Made by a program: the position numbers and the translations under genes
Part shown: in pieces, positions 28,595 through 38,524 of the stretch
Numbering within the stretch: the first letter of the stretch is position 1
Layout: each line of letters begins with the position of its first letter
Source of the DNA: Candidatus Adlerbacteria bacterium RIFOXYC1_FULL_48_26
GTDB lineage: Bacteria > Patescibacteriota > Minisyncoccia > Phycocordibacterales > SBAW01
DNA length: 49,999 nt
Assembly: GCA_001773575.1 (NCBI GenBank)
Contig: MEXB01000007.1
Coordinates: 1 to 49,999 of the forward strand
Direction: 5' to 3'
Notes under the pieces: model-generated
Database searches by the model: none
What the model was told of the DNA's origin: nothing
The model's input: only the letters and a program-made list of their open reading frames with translations

Positions 28595-29527
28595 ATGAAC
28601 ACTCAAACACGCTGGCGCGTTTTTACACTGGCAGCCCTCTCCTTTATTTTTATTCTGCCTCTGTCGGTCTCTGCCACATCAGTTTCCCTATCATCGATCA
28701 CTCCAGCCACGACCATATTAAGCGGGCAGAACGTATACTTCAGCATCTTACCTTCAGGTTTTACCAATCCGTCATACTCGATAACGGATTCGTTTAATGG
28801 AACATCTTTCTCGGGTTCAAACGTAGATGCGTACGGAAATTTCAGTTGGACACCAACAGATACCGACGGAGGGGTGCATACGTTTGTTGTAACTGTCTCT
28901 GACAATGTTGGCAGCCCCAGCGCATCGATTTCCCAAACAATACAGGTTCAAGCCCCTGTCAGTATCCGTATCACAGACGCAGTTCCAGGCACTATTGTGG
29001 TTGCAAGCACAACACTCTCGTTTACCATCTCTCAGACCGGCCTCATAACCCCAACGTACAGAATTGTCGATTCGTTCTTTAATACGACTCTTACAGATAC
29101 ATACGCAACGTCATCAAATCTATTTAGCTGGACTCCAACACAAAAAGATATCGGATATCATACTCTGACAATCTATGCGACTGACATTTATGGTCGTGCG
29201 GCCCATACGTCATTTTCTGTCCAAGTAATTCCCCTTCCAGCCACTACACCTACCCTCACCGCAGTTGTCCAAAACACTACACCTGTGTCGACCACAGCCG
29301 CACCTTCCACGAACTATGTGTTCTCCATCTATCTATACCAAGGACTTACACATCCAGATGTTACAAAACTCCAACAAAAGTTGACCGCTCTTGGAGTCTA
29401 CTCCGGGCCAGTAACAGGATATTTTGGACCACTTACCCAAGCAGCAGTGAAAAAATTCCAAGCTTCTCGCGGACTTGAACAGGTAGGTTTTGTAGGGCCA
29501 GCTACAAGAAAAGCCCTGAGCCAGTAA
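28595..29527 (+). CDS. secreted Ig-like repeat protein with C-terminal peptidoglycan-binding domain
   Basis: Signal peptide; two FSWTPT..D.G.HT repeats; Thr-rich linker; DVTKLQQKL..GYFGPLTQAAVKKFQ. Confidence 0.85.
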   Translation: MNTQTRWRVFTLAALSFIFILPLSVSATSVSLSSITPATTILSGQNVYFSILPSGFTNPSYSITDSFNGTSFSGSNVDAYGNFSWTPTDTDGGVHTFVVTVSDNVGSPSASISQTIQVQAPVSIRITDAVPGTIVVASTTLSFTISQTGLITPTYRIVDSFFNTTLTDTYATSSNLFSWTPTQKDIGYHTLTIYATDIYGRAAHTSFSVQVIPLPATTPTLTAVVQNTTPVSTTAAPSTNYVFSIYLYQGLTHPDVTKLQQKLTALGVYSGPVTGYFGPLTQAAVKKFQASRGLEQVGFVGPATRKALSQ

Positions 29528-29529
29528 GT

Positions 29530-29557
29530 TTGACAAAAATCGCTTTCGATGTAAATT
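29530..29557 (+). promoter_or_regulatory. sigma70-type promoter of cold-shock gene
   Basis: TTGACA-N16-TAAATT; about 65-nt leader with AGGAG SD. Confidence 0.6.
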
Positions 29558-29627
29558 GAGAACGTCTCAAAATTGAGGCAACCTGCAACACGCAGGATGA
29601 TGTACTTGATCGATACAGGAGAGCGAC

Positions 29628-29831
29628 ATGGCTACAGGAACCGTGAAGTGGTTCAACTCGGCCAAAGGGTACGGCTTTATCCAGCCGGAGGGCGGCGGCA
29701 AGGACGTCTTCATCCACATCAGCGCCGTCGAACGCGCCCGGATGACCGCCCCCAACGAAGGCCAGAAGATCAACTACGAGGTCGTCATCGAGCGCGGCCG
29801 GCCGGCCGCAGGTAATCTGAGCCCTGGCTGA
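29628..29831 (+). CDS. cspA: cold-shock protein
   Basis: GTVKWFN, KGYGFI (RNP1) and DVFIHIS (RNP2). Confidence 0.95.
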   Translation: MATGTVKWFNSAKGYGFIQPEGGGKDVFIHISAVERARMTAPNEGQKINYEVVIERGRPAAGNLSPG

Positions 29832-29859
29832 CTATTGCCATCAGCTCCCCTTCATTATT

Positions 29860-29893
29860 GCCGCCCTCTTACGAGAGGGCGGCCTTTCTTTTT
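29860..29893 (+). terminator. intrinsic terminator
   Basis: GCCGCCCTCT-tacg-AGAGGGCGGC followed by CTTTCTTTTT. Confidence 0.85.
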
Positions 29894-30221
29894 AATTCGA
29901 GCGGATCACAAACGAATCAACAATAGGTTGCCCTTCTCGGGTGATGCGATATGTAAAATCTGCCGTGTATGCGTTATGACCATCTTCGTACTGTACGGTG
30001 CCAGCACCTCCGTGCGACTCTATTTCAGTAACATAGAATGTTCCACCTAACTGTTCTTTAGTTGGAGAGAGGTCGCTAATACGGCTACGCACATAACTTT
30101 CTATATCCATAGAGCGACCGCTTTGAGGAACATCAGTCGGTACACTTCTATAATTGATGTAGATAACATAGCCTCCTACTAAAACCGCAAGCGCCACTGC
30201 AAGCAATATAAGTTTCTTCAT
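29892..30221 (-). CDS. membrane-anchored hypothetical protein
   Basis: N-terminal TM; GGTFYVT..VQYEDGH. Confidence 0.75.
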   Translation of the reverse strand: MKKLILLAVALAVLVGGYVIYINYRSVPTDVPQSGRSMDIESYVRSRISDLSPTKEQLGGTFYVTEIESHGGAGTVQYEDGHNAYTADFTYRITREGQPIVDSFVIRSN

Positions 30222-30233
30222 AGCGCGGTAAGT

Positions 30234-33200
30234 TTATTTTTTCTCGAGCACACGCATCTGGTAGCGATAGAAAAGCATTGGGACAAGCACGAGCGTAAGG
30301 CAGATAGCAAAGGTAAGGCCGAACATAACTGCAAAGGCCAATGGCCCCCATGTTGCATTCGACCTAGCGAGTGGGATCATACCCACAACAGTGGTGATGG
30401 TCGTAAGAACAATTGGGCGCAGACGAGTCGCGGATGACTCAACAACGATATCTATAATTGGCCTACCTTTCTCTGTTGCAAGATGGTGGATCATAGAGTC
30501 CATAAGAATGATTGCGTGGTTGATGATAACGCCACCAAGTGCGATGACTCCAAGCAACGAGGTAAGCGACACTGGTTGTCCTGTTATCGCAAGGCCACCC
30601 AACACACCGATAAGTGAAAGTGGGACGATAACCAACAAGTACCATGTGTAGCGAATAGAGTTGAAGGAAATGATAAGGATCATAAACATCAACACCAACC
30701 CTGCGATAAGCGCCAGGAACATGTCTGTAAATGACTGGTTGATATCCTCGGTTTCTCCACCATACGAGACTGTTACGCCTGAAGGTAGGTTCAACTCCCC
30801 AACGCGCTTCTTAAATTCTGCTATGACCGCAGTGCTCGTGGTTTTGTCGTCCGGATACGCAGACACTGTTTCCAAGCGGCTTTTATCTTTATGGTTTATG
30901 GCTGCGTTGCTTACCCCAAGTTGCGTCTGCAACACTGAACCAAGCAGTACCGGGCCATTGCTGCCCTGGACAGAGAGATTTTTAATCGCATCAATTGTCG
31001 TACGTGTGGTATCTGACGGATCAATATAGTCCGTGTTGAGGTTGAGTTTTACGATTACATCAATGTCATCTTTAGGCTGTGTGATGCTGGTTGCTTTTGT
31101 ACCCTGCACAGCCGCACGCAATGTTTGCGCAATAGACGCAGTACTTAAGCCCAGCGCAGTTGCCTTGCCGCGGTCAACGGTGAGGTCAAACTGAGTTCCG
31201 TTGTTCTGAGTACTGTCGCTGACATTCGTAACATGCGGAATGCTCAAAATAAGTTGTTTGCCCGCCTCAGCCGCAGTGATAAGTTCATCAAGGTTATCGC
31301 CTTCAAACTGGATTTGAATTGGCGCACCAGCTGAAGGTCCGTTGTTTGCCTGCAATACCTGGACGTTTGCAGCTGTTACGACACTTACGACGCGCTGCAG
31401 TTCAGTTGCAATTTCAGTACTTGTTTTCTTGTGGTCGAGCGGAAGGTTAACCGTGATGTTTGCCTGGTTGCTGCCTGAAGAACCTCCTCCTGTAAGGCCG
31501 GAACTCTGTCCCGTTGTAATTTCAAGAGAAGAAATATCTTTAATTGGATACAGAAGTTCTTCAACCTGGCGGACAATAAGATCTGTCTGTCCAAGCGTCG
31601 TACCTTCTGGGGCTTGAATGTTGATGTAGACGAAATCTTGGTCATCTTGTGGGAAGAACACCGTTTTTACCAATCCTGTAAAAGGAAGGATCATTGCAAG
31701 AACAAACATGACGCCAAGCCCTCGCAAGAACAGGCGCTGCCAACGACGATTCTCAAGTATTAAGCGCAATTTTTCTTTGTACCACTGTGTTGCGAGCTCT
31801 GTATATTCTTCCTGGCTTTCTTCAAAACGATTCGGATGTTTTTTAGTAAAGAGGACGGCAATCAAAGGAACGATGCCGAGTGCTACAAAGATAGACGCAA
31901 TGAGCACGAATATAAGGGTGTATGGGATACCTGCAATAAACTTGCCAACGATGCCGGAGATAAAGAATAGTGGTGCGAATACGGCAACCGTTGCCATCGT
32001 TCCTGCAATAAGTGGCCATGCATAGTCGCGTAGCGCATGCTTTGCGGCATCCAGCGGGTCTGCGTGCAACTTCATGCGCGCATGGATTGCTTCAGTAACC
32101 ACGATGCCTGAGTCCACCAAGATACCGACGGCCAAAATAAGTGCGAAGAGGCTGATGAAGTTAAGTGTGTTGCCCGTAAGGTGCAACCCAATAAATGCAA
32201 TCAAGAACGAAAGTGGGATAGCAAGCGCCGCAACAACAGACTCGCGCCAGCCAATGGTAAGAAGAAGCACAATCATTACGAGCGCAACTGTCTCAAAACC
32301 AGTTTTCGTAAGGTCTCCGAGCTGTTCGGTGATCTGAACGCCTTGGTCAGTTGAGGGAGAAATAAACACGTTCATCCCCTTCAATTTTGTGTCCTGCAAC
32401 CTCAGCATTTCTGCTTTTGCCGCATCTGCTACTTCTTTAATCTCAGCGCCTGTCTGCTTGTAGATAGTGAGAGAAATAGCCTGACTACTTGGTTTTCCAT
32501 CCACGGATAAGCGCGAATATGAGGTTGCAGAAGCGAGGCCGTCAGAAACAACTGCAATGTCGCGAACATAGATAGGCACGTTGTTCTTTATGCCTACTGC
32601 AATATTTTGAATCTCAGACGGGTCCTCTATGCTGCCTTTAAAGCTGACATTGTAGTTCACGCCATTCATCGAAATGCTGCCAGCTGGCGCCGATGCGTTT
32701 GCTGACGCTATAGATGAAATAATGTCCGTTAGGCGAAGGCCGTATTGCTGGAGCTTTTCTTTACTAACAACAACAGTGACCTGGCGCTCAGGCATACCGG
32801 ACACATTCACTTCTGATACGCCGGCGATATGTTTAAGGCCGTCCGATACTTCTGCGGCAAGAGCTGAAAACTCAGTCGGTGGAAGATCTCCCGCAATAGA
32901 AACCACGAGCACTGGTTGGTTGCTGAAGTCAATTTTGCTTACCTGTGGAGTTGTTGCGTCGGAAGGAAGGTCTGGTACAGCTTTTGCCACAGCGTCGCGA
33001 AGTTCTTGAATAGATTTATCTACATCAGCATTTGCATCAAACTGCACGTTGAGCATGGAAACACCCTCGCTTGATACAGAGGTAACGGTGTCGAGGTTGT
33101 TCAGGCCGGAAACCTGATCTTCTAATTTATTCGTAACCAATGTTTCTATGTCTTGCGCCGAAGCACCTGGAAGCACTGTTGTTACGATACCGTTTGGAAT

Positions 33201-33326
33201 AACGATAGAAGGTGAGTTTTCCTTTGGAATAGCAAGGGCGGCAAACAACCCAGCAAGCACGAGGGTGGTAATTAGCACGTAGCTAAATTGTTTTCGGTCT
33301 AGGAAGAAATTCCAGAGCCACAACAT
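30234..33326 (-). CDS. RND efflux permease (AcrB/AcrD/AcrF family)
   Basis: 1030 aa; PGASA..IE..VT, GILVDSGIVV and RLRPIVLTT. Confidence 0.93.
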   Translation of the reverse strand: MLWLWNFFLDRKQFSYVLITTLVLAGLFAALAIPKENSPSIVIPNGIVTTVLPGASAQDIETLVTNKLEDQVSGLNNLDTVTSVSSEGVSMLNVQFDANADVDKSIQELRDAVAKAVPDLPSDATTPQVSKIDFSNQPVLVVSIAGDLPPTEFSALAAEVSDGLKHIAGVSEVNVSGMPERQVTVVVSKEKLQQYGLRLTDIISSIASANASAPAGSISMNGVNYNVSFKGSIEDPSEIQNIAVGIKNNVPIYVRDIAVVSDGLASATSYSRLSVDGKPSSQAISLTIYKQTGAEIKEVADAAKAEMLRLQDTKLKGMNVFISPSTDQGVQITEQLGDLTKTGFETVALVMIVLLLTIGWRESVVAALAIPLSFLIAFIGLHLTGNTLNFISLFALILAVGILVDSGIVVTEAIHARMKLHADPLDAAKHALRDYAWPLIAGTMATVAVFAPLFFISGIVGKFIAGIPYTLIFVLIASIFVALGIVPLIAVLFTKKHPNRFEESQEEYTELATQWYKEKLRLILENRRWQRLFLRGLGVMFVLAMILPFTGLVKTVFFPQDDQDFVYINIQAPEGTTLGQTDLIVRQVEELLYPIKDISSLEITTGQSSGLTGGGSSGSNQANITVNLPLDHKKTSTEIATELQRVVSVVTAANVQVLQANNGPSAGAPIQIQFEGDNLDELITAAEAGKQLILSIPHVTNVSDSTQNNGTQFDLTVDRGKATALGLSTASIAQTLRAAVQGTKATSITQPKDDIDVIVKLNLNTDYIDPSDTTRTTIDAIKNLSVQGSNGPVLLGSVLQTQLGVSNAAINHKDKSRLETVSAYPDDKTTSTAVIAEFKKRVGELNLPSGVTVSYGGETEDINQSFTDMFLALIAGLVLMFMILIISFNSIRYTWYLLVIVPLSLIGVLGGLAITGQPVSLTSLLGVIALGGVIINHAIILMDSMIHHLATEKGRPIIDIVVESSATRLRPIVLTTITTVVGMIPLARSNATWGPLAFAVMFGLTFAICLTLVLVPMLFYRYQMRVLEKK

Positions 33327-33331
33327 ACGAG

Positions 33332-34978
33332 TTAGTTTGAACCTGCCTGTGCAGGCAAGTCTACGATTACCTGCTGTCCGTTGGAAAGGCCGCGCGCGTC
33401 TTCAACAATAACCATCTCTGGAGTAAGACCTGTAAGGACTATCACCTTGTCCCCTAAGATAGTGCCGAGGGTTATTGGGATTTGAACCAACGTCGATGAC
33501 GCACTAACACTAAATACAATTGGACCACTTGGCGTTATTTTTGCCGCAACAATCGGAATCATAATAGAAGCCGCTGAAACGGTGCTGACTTTTTTTGTCT
33601 GGGCTGCTGTTGCGCGAGAAAGCGACACTGTTATGGTTTCCCCATCCGTCAGCGCGCTTGGGCTACCGACAATACCGACCTTCACTAAAATTTTTCCAGT
33701 TGATGGGTCGAGCGCTGGCGCAATTGAGACAATAGTCCCCTGCACCGAACCTGCTATAAGAGCGCTGCCACCTACTGCGAGAGTTTTTGAATCTTCGGGT
33801 GTTACATACACATCAACTTCAAGCGCGCTTGGGTTAGATATTTCTGCTAGGCGTTGTGAGTTAGAGACATAATCTCCTTGTGAGACTGGGAGACTTACAA
33901 TAGTGCCTGAAATTGGTGAGCGGATGATCGTCTTTTCAAGCGATGCTCGTGCTGCGGCAAGAACACCTTGTGCCTGCTCAACATTTGCTTGCGCAATACT
34001 TATACTGCTTTGCGTTCCACCTTCCGCAGTGTTTGAAGCAGATGCCGCAGCCGCAGATGCGCTGTCATACGCGCTCTTTGCGCTTGCAACCCCTGACAAT
34101 GCTGCACTAACTGCCGTACGTGCAGAACCTATTGATGCTTGGTACGCACTAATATCTGTAGCTGTTATGGACTGGTTTGGAAGAGACTTGTTTAGCGCCT
34201 CCACTAGATTGTTCAAGAACGTGGTGACGAGCTGTGCATTAGCTGTTGCCTGGGCAATATCTGTACCTGTATTTGTTCGCGTGGTCTTGCGTGCTATTGA
34301 GCTGACATCATTAAGTGCAAGGTCGAGCTGGCGACGTTCATTTTGGAGCGTAATAACAAGCTGGTTGTCGGTGACGGTAAGTTGGAGCGCTGGGTTAGTT
34401 CTGGGTTGGCTAAAAAGAAGATCCGCCTTGGTGTGCACTGCGTCATCAAGGGCCGCAAACAAGCTCTGCAAAGAAGTGTTTACAGTTATCTGAGCATTTA
34501 CTACCGCTTGGCTAGCTTGCGCCGCACTAATACCGGAGTTTGCTGCGCCTGTGCCACTGGTATTTGTAAACGCCGCTTGGGCTGCATTGTATGCACCTTG
34601 AGCCTGGAGGACTGCAGCTCGTTGGCTGCTATTTTCAAGAGAACCAATAATGGTACCCGCAGATACATAGTCTCCAATTTTACGGTTAAGTGCGAGCACT
34701 TCGCCCGAGCTTTGTGCCGAAATGCTTGCATGGTTAAGCGACGTCACTACGCCCGTTACAGGAAGAGGTCCTGTTGATTGCGCGGCAAGGCTTGCGACGG
34801 ATGCAATTTTTACATGGCTAGTTTGGTCAAGCGTAGCAACTGCGGGAACTGAGGAAACCATTGCTTGAGCACCCACGAATATAAGAATTGCAATAAGAAG
34901 AGCCCCGCCCCATGAGTAATACCAAGGTTGTTTGCGAACATACTGAATCGCGTTAAAAAATCTCGTTTTTATTGACAT
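33332..34978 (-). CDS. RND periplasmic adaptor (HlyD/MFP) with long coiled coil
   Basis: Lipoyl-like halves (SGEV..GDYV; IRSPISGTI..GDYV) around an Ala-rich helical hairpin; upstream of the RND permease. Confidence 0.85.
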   Translation of the reverse strand: MSIKTRFFNAIQYVRKQPWYYSWGGALLIAILIFVGAQAMVSSVPAVATLDQTSHVKIASVASLAAQSTGPLPVTGVVTSLNHASISAQSSGEVLALNRKIGDYVSAGTIIGSLENSSQRAAVLQAQGAYNAAQAAFTNTSGTGAANSGISAAQASQAVVNAQITVNTSLQSLFAALDDAVHTKADLLFSQPRTNPALQLTVTDNQLVITLQNERRQLDLALNDVSSIARKTTRTNTGTDIAQATANAQLVTTFLNNLVEALNKSLPNQSITATDISAYQASIGSARTAVSAALSGVASAKSAYDSASAAAASASNTAEGGTQSSISIAQANVEQAQGVLAAARASLEKTIIRSPISGTIVSLPVSQGDYVSNSQRLAEISNPSALEVDVYVTPEDSKTLAVGGSALIAGSVQGTIVSIAPALDPSTGKILVKVGIVGSPSALTDGETITVSLSRATAAQTKKVSTVSAASIMIPIVAAKITPSGPIVFSVSASSTLVQIPITLGTILGDKVIVLTGLTPEMVIVEDARGLSNGQQVIVDLPAQAGSN

Positions 34979-35040
34979 TTGTGGCTCAAGTATAGCAAAA
35001 AGCTAGGCGGAAAGCACTAAATGTGTCGTATACTATCGAA

Positions 35041-35460
35041 ATGAAAAAAATTCGACGACGATTCGAAGTTCAGGATTTTAAAACACGCGTTGGCCGCTCA
35101 CGTACAGGAAAAGGCATCTTTGCAGAAGAAAATATTCCACGAGGTGTCTGCGTTTTGGAATATGTAGGCCGCTCATTAACTGACGATGAGCAACATAATA
35201 AAAGCGGTAAGTATTTCTTTGAAACAGGGAGAAACACGATGATTGACGGAAATGTTCCGTACAACAAAGCAAAGTACGTTAACCATTCTTGTAGGCCAAA
35301 CTGCGAAATTGATATTAAAAACAAACGCGTGTTTATTTTTACCGCAAAGAATATCAAAGCTGGCGAGGAACTTACATACGACTATGACACTGAATACTTT
35401 GATGAATTTATAAAACCCGTAGGTTGTAAATGTCTTAAGTGTAGCCCTGTAAAAAAATAG
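35041..35460 (+). CDS. SET-domain protein (lysine methyltransferase family)
   Basis: GKGIFA, EYVG, NHSCRPN, GEELTYDY and post-SET CKCLKC. Confidence 0.92.
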   Translation: MKKIRRRFEVQDFKTRVGRSRTGKGIFAEENIPRGVCVLEYVGRSLTDDEQHNKSGKYFFETGRNTMIDGNVPYNKAKYVNHSCRPNCEIDIKNKRVFIFTAKNIKAGEELTYDYDTEYFDEFIKPVGCKCLKCSPVKK

Positions 35461-35544
35461 GGAGTGGAACTTGCCACCATACTCATGGATTCTTAATGAA
35501 CCATGCGCTTTTGTATTGGTATGGTTAAAGGTATGGTACCAGGA

Positions 35545-37581
35545 ATGAAACACCTGTTTTGGAAGATACGTAGCAACTACACCAGACGTGAATGGCAGCT
35601 TGCTGGAGTTCTGTTGGTTTCTTATACTCTTGTTTTCTTTTTAGCTTCACTTGTCCTCCCCCTGTCTGCTCGGTTTAACCCAGCATCTGCTATTGCACTT
35701 GCGACACTATACTTTGGTGGCCGAAAGCTCTGGCCTGTGGTGTATGTCTCCGCTGTAATAAGTCAGATAGTCACCGGCTCACCACTTATCGCCATTCTCC
35801 TGCTACCACTTATCGAAACGATACAAGCTACCGCTGGCTCTTGGCTTTTACACAAAGCACACATCGACCCATTGTTCCGCAGATACCGCGACACCTTTTA
35901 TTTCATCATTACTATAGTTGGAATCTCTGCTATCAGCTCAACGCTTGTTATGATAGTGCGCTTGTTGCGAGGCGACACTGACATTCTTATGTCAGGCTGG
36001 TACGCCTATGTCGCAACCTTATTTTGTTTACTTATCGTTACACCATTCTTACTTCGTTGGTTCACCAAGCCCCGCTTCAGCCGAACCTTCGTAGAAATTC
36101 TTGAACTGTTCTCTGTGTTCGTATTTTTGATTTGCATCGACTACACACTGTTTATCCGTGGCGTCGGCATTTTTGCAAGCATCCCTCTGGTATATTTCAT
36201 CCTTGTGCCACTGTTCTGGATTGCGCTTAGACTGCGACCTCGCTTTATTACACTCGCGCTTCTCATCACGTCGTTTTTTGCTGTCACGGGTGTATTACTG
36301 CACTCACAACCAAGCGCACTTGCAGCAAACCTGTATCAGATTGAAATTCTGATTATTGTACTCGCGGTAATGTTTTTTATCGTCACCTCGCTTGAAGAAG
36401 ACCGTCGAGTCAACACCAACATTATGCATTCACAAATGGCAGCGCTTCGTAATGCCGTTGCAAAAGAAAGTTCGGAGTCAAAAGCAAAAAATGACTTTAT
36501 TGCGATTCTGTCGCATGAACTCCGTAACCCGCTTGCTCCAATTTTATCCTCTATTGATTTATTGAAATTAAAAAACTCACACGACGCAGAGGACATGGAA
36601 ATCCTGGAGATGATGGAGGATCGTATGGGAACCGTACGTCGCCTACTAGATGACCTTCTGGATATTTCCCGTATCTCTGAAGGGAAAGTTACGCTCAAGA
36701 AAGATGTGGTTGAACTTACCTCCGTACTCAAGAGTGCAGTTGTCTCAACGGAACATCATCGCAAAGAGCTGCACCAGCGTCTCGCAATGAAACTGCCTCA
36801 AAAACCCCTCTCCATTGTTGGAGACGCAGTACGTCTTGAGCAAATTTTTTCAAACTTACTCACAAATGCATCGAAGTTTTCGTCGTCCGGTGACACCATT
36901 GCGTTACATATGCGAGAACATGATGGTGTTGCAGAGATTGAAGTTGTAGACCGTGGCATTGGTATCGACCCAGGCGAGCTTGAAACTATTTTCCTCCCCT
37001 TCCGACAAATCCAAGATGCCGAACGCAGCAAGAAAGGTTTGGGTATCGGTCTTGCCCTTGTGCGTAACTTCGTGGAAATGCATAGCGGCACTATCCAGGC
37101 ACACAGTGAGGGCCGTAACCGGGGCAGCCGTTTTATTGTCCGCCTGCCGCTCATCGTCACCGCAGAGAATAGAAGCTCGCATGGCGACAGAGCGGGAAAC
37201 CCATTACAGAAAGGTAGGACCAAGGCCAACCCACTCATCTTGATAGTTGACGATAACGATGCAGCTGCCGGTGGTATCGGACGCTTGTTGGAATTTCAAG
37301 GGTACAGAGTTGCGTATGCGTACGACGGCAACCAAGGAACCACGAAGGCACGTAGCCTTTCTCCTGATGCAGTATTCCTAGATATAGGACTTCCCGACCA
37401 AGATGGATGGAAGGTTGCTAAAACACTTAAAGCTCAAGGTTTTACTGGTCGACTTATCGCGCTTACAGGATACGGGATTGAACATAAAAAAATGATGGAT
37501 CAAGAAGTGCGTTTCGACTACTATCTCGTCAAACCAGTTGGCCTCGCCGACCTCCAGCGCGTTCTCACAGGGCTCGTTTAG
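35545..37581 (+). CDS. hybrid sensor histidine kinase (MASE1-like TM, HisKA, HATPase, REC)
   Basis: SHELRNPL, NLLTNASK, DRGIG and GLGIGL; REC motifs VDDN, LDIGLP and KP. Confidence 0.92.
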   Translation: MKHLFWKIRSNYTRREWQLAGVLLVSYTLVFFLASLVLPLSARFNPASAIALATLYFGGRKLWPVVYVSAVISQIVTGSPLIAILLLPLIETIQATAGSWLLHKAHIDPLFRRYRDTFYFIITIVGISAISSTLVMIVRLLRGDTDILMSGWYAYVATLFCLLIVTPFLLRWFTKPRFSRTFVEILELFSVFVFLICIDYTLFIRGVGIFASIPLVYFILVPLFWIALRLRPRFITLALLITSFFAVTGVLLHSQPSALAANLYQIEILIIVLAVMFFIVTSLEEDRRVNTNIMHSQMAALRNAVAKESSESKAKNDFIAILSHELRNPLAPILSSIDLLKLKNSHDAEDMEILEMMEDRMGTVRRLLDDLLDISRISEGKVTLKKDVVELTSVLKSAVVSTEHHRKELHQRLAMKLPQKPLSIVGDAVRLEQIFSNLLTNASKFSSSGDTIALHMREHDGVAEIEVVDRGIGIDPGELETIFLPFRQIQDAERSKKGLGIGLALVRNFVEMHSGTIQAHSEGRNRGSRFIVRLPLIVTAENRSSHGDRAGNPLQKGRTKANPLILIVDDNDAAAGGIGRLLEFQGYRVAYAYDGNQGTTKARSLSPDAVFLDIGLPDQDGWKVAKTLKAQGFTGRLIALTGYGIEHKKMMDQEVRFDYYLVKPVGLADLQRVLTGLV

Positions 37582-37684
37582 GCATTTTTGAGATGTCTAC
37601 TGCCATGCTTGAGATATTCATTAAAAACATAGTAAGCTGAGTTTAGCGGGGCCTTATCTGTAACAGTACCTAAGGAGGTCCAAT

Positions 37685-38359
37685 ATGATCTTCGAGAAGT
37701 TCACTACTGAGGGTGATTTACGGCATTTCCTACGGGGATGCACTGCCTTCGAAGGCGGGCCACTAGATATCGAGAAGCTTGAACGCGGACCACGCGACGT
37801 AGCCCATCTTGTACGGGCGATCGAGCAGAAACGCGAAATCGAGTTCGGCCGGGACATGCACGGCAACGGCGTGTGCCGTTCGCGTAAATCCGAGACACTT
37901 GTGCGCGTGGGCGGAGAACAACTGGTCGAGAGGTATCGTGAAGTGAATGGGGTTCGTGTCCCCACACCAGCCGACGTGGTGCGAACACTGAGCGAAACCG
38001 GCATTGAGGGAGAGACGGCGGAGGAAACACTCCTTCGATGTTTTGTCGAGGAGTCGGGGCTTGTGGTCCCAACCACAAACATCCATCTAGTCAGCAAGCC
38101 TCCCATCGCCGACTTCGGAGACCTGCGCGACCGTCACAAGTCGAGCGTGTATGTGGGTCTATGGCGCCAGGTGATGGTGACGCGTTTCTTCACTAACTTC
38201 AACGAGCGTCCTGAGCCGTTCAAGGAACGCTTGGAGATTACAGACGAAGACACGAAGGTCTTTGGTGAGTGGGAGCCTGAAACATTGCATGGCCCTTGGG
38301 ACCATTCGACCGACCTCTGGCAACAGCTCGTCACAGGTCGTGCGCGCAAATACTCTTGA
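37685..38359 (+). CDS. Nudix-like hypothetical protein (orphan cassette)
   Basis: Degenerate Nudix box GETAEETLLRCFVEESGL; AAGGAGGT SD. Confidence 0.65.
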   Translation: MIFEKFTTEGDLRHFLRGCTAFEGGPLDIEKLERGPRDVAHLVRAIEQKREIEFGRDMHGNGVCRSRKSETLVRVGGEQLVERYREVNGVRVPTPADVVRTLSETGIEGETAEETLLRCFVEESGLVVPTTNIHLVSKPPIADFGDLRDRHKSSVYVGLWRQVMVTRFFTNFNERPEPFKERLEITDEDTKVFGEWEPETLHGPWDHSTDLWQQLVTGRARKYS

Positions 38360-38362
38360 ATC

Positions 38363-38394
38363 AAGGCCGGCCTAAAAACCGGCCTTTTTCTTTT
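38363..38394 (+). terminator. intrinsic terminator
   Basis: AAGGCCGG..CCGGCCTT followed by a T-tract. Confidence 0.8.
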
Positions 38395-38401
38395 CCTTAT
38401 T

Positions 38402-38452
38402 TCAACCTGCCCGGAGAGGTAGGTTGACTTCCCTGCTGAGCTTAACTAGGCT
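38402..38452 (+). promoter_or_regulatory. promoter overlapped by an inverted repeat
   Basis: TTGACT(38424)-N17-TAGGCT; TCAACCTGCC/GGTAGGTTGA palindrome covers the -35. Confidence 0.5.
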
Positions 38453-38524
38453 CTAGGTAGCTACAAAAAGATTGGGAGGAGTCCTTATCAGCGTACATTC
38501 CGAAATTCAGAACGGGGGTCACCG

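Noticed and set aside
21962-30000. genomic island integrated at tRNA-Asn
   Set aside because: No integrase and no duplicated tRNA 3' end was seen; most downstream genes use the resident leaderless pattern.
38400-38520. SRP RNA or riboswitch
   Set aside because: It lacks the SRP helix-8 consensus, and no riboswitch consensus was recognised; better explained as a promoter with an overlapping palindrome.
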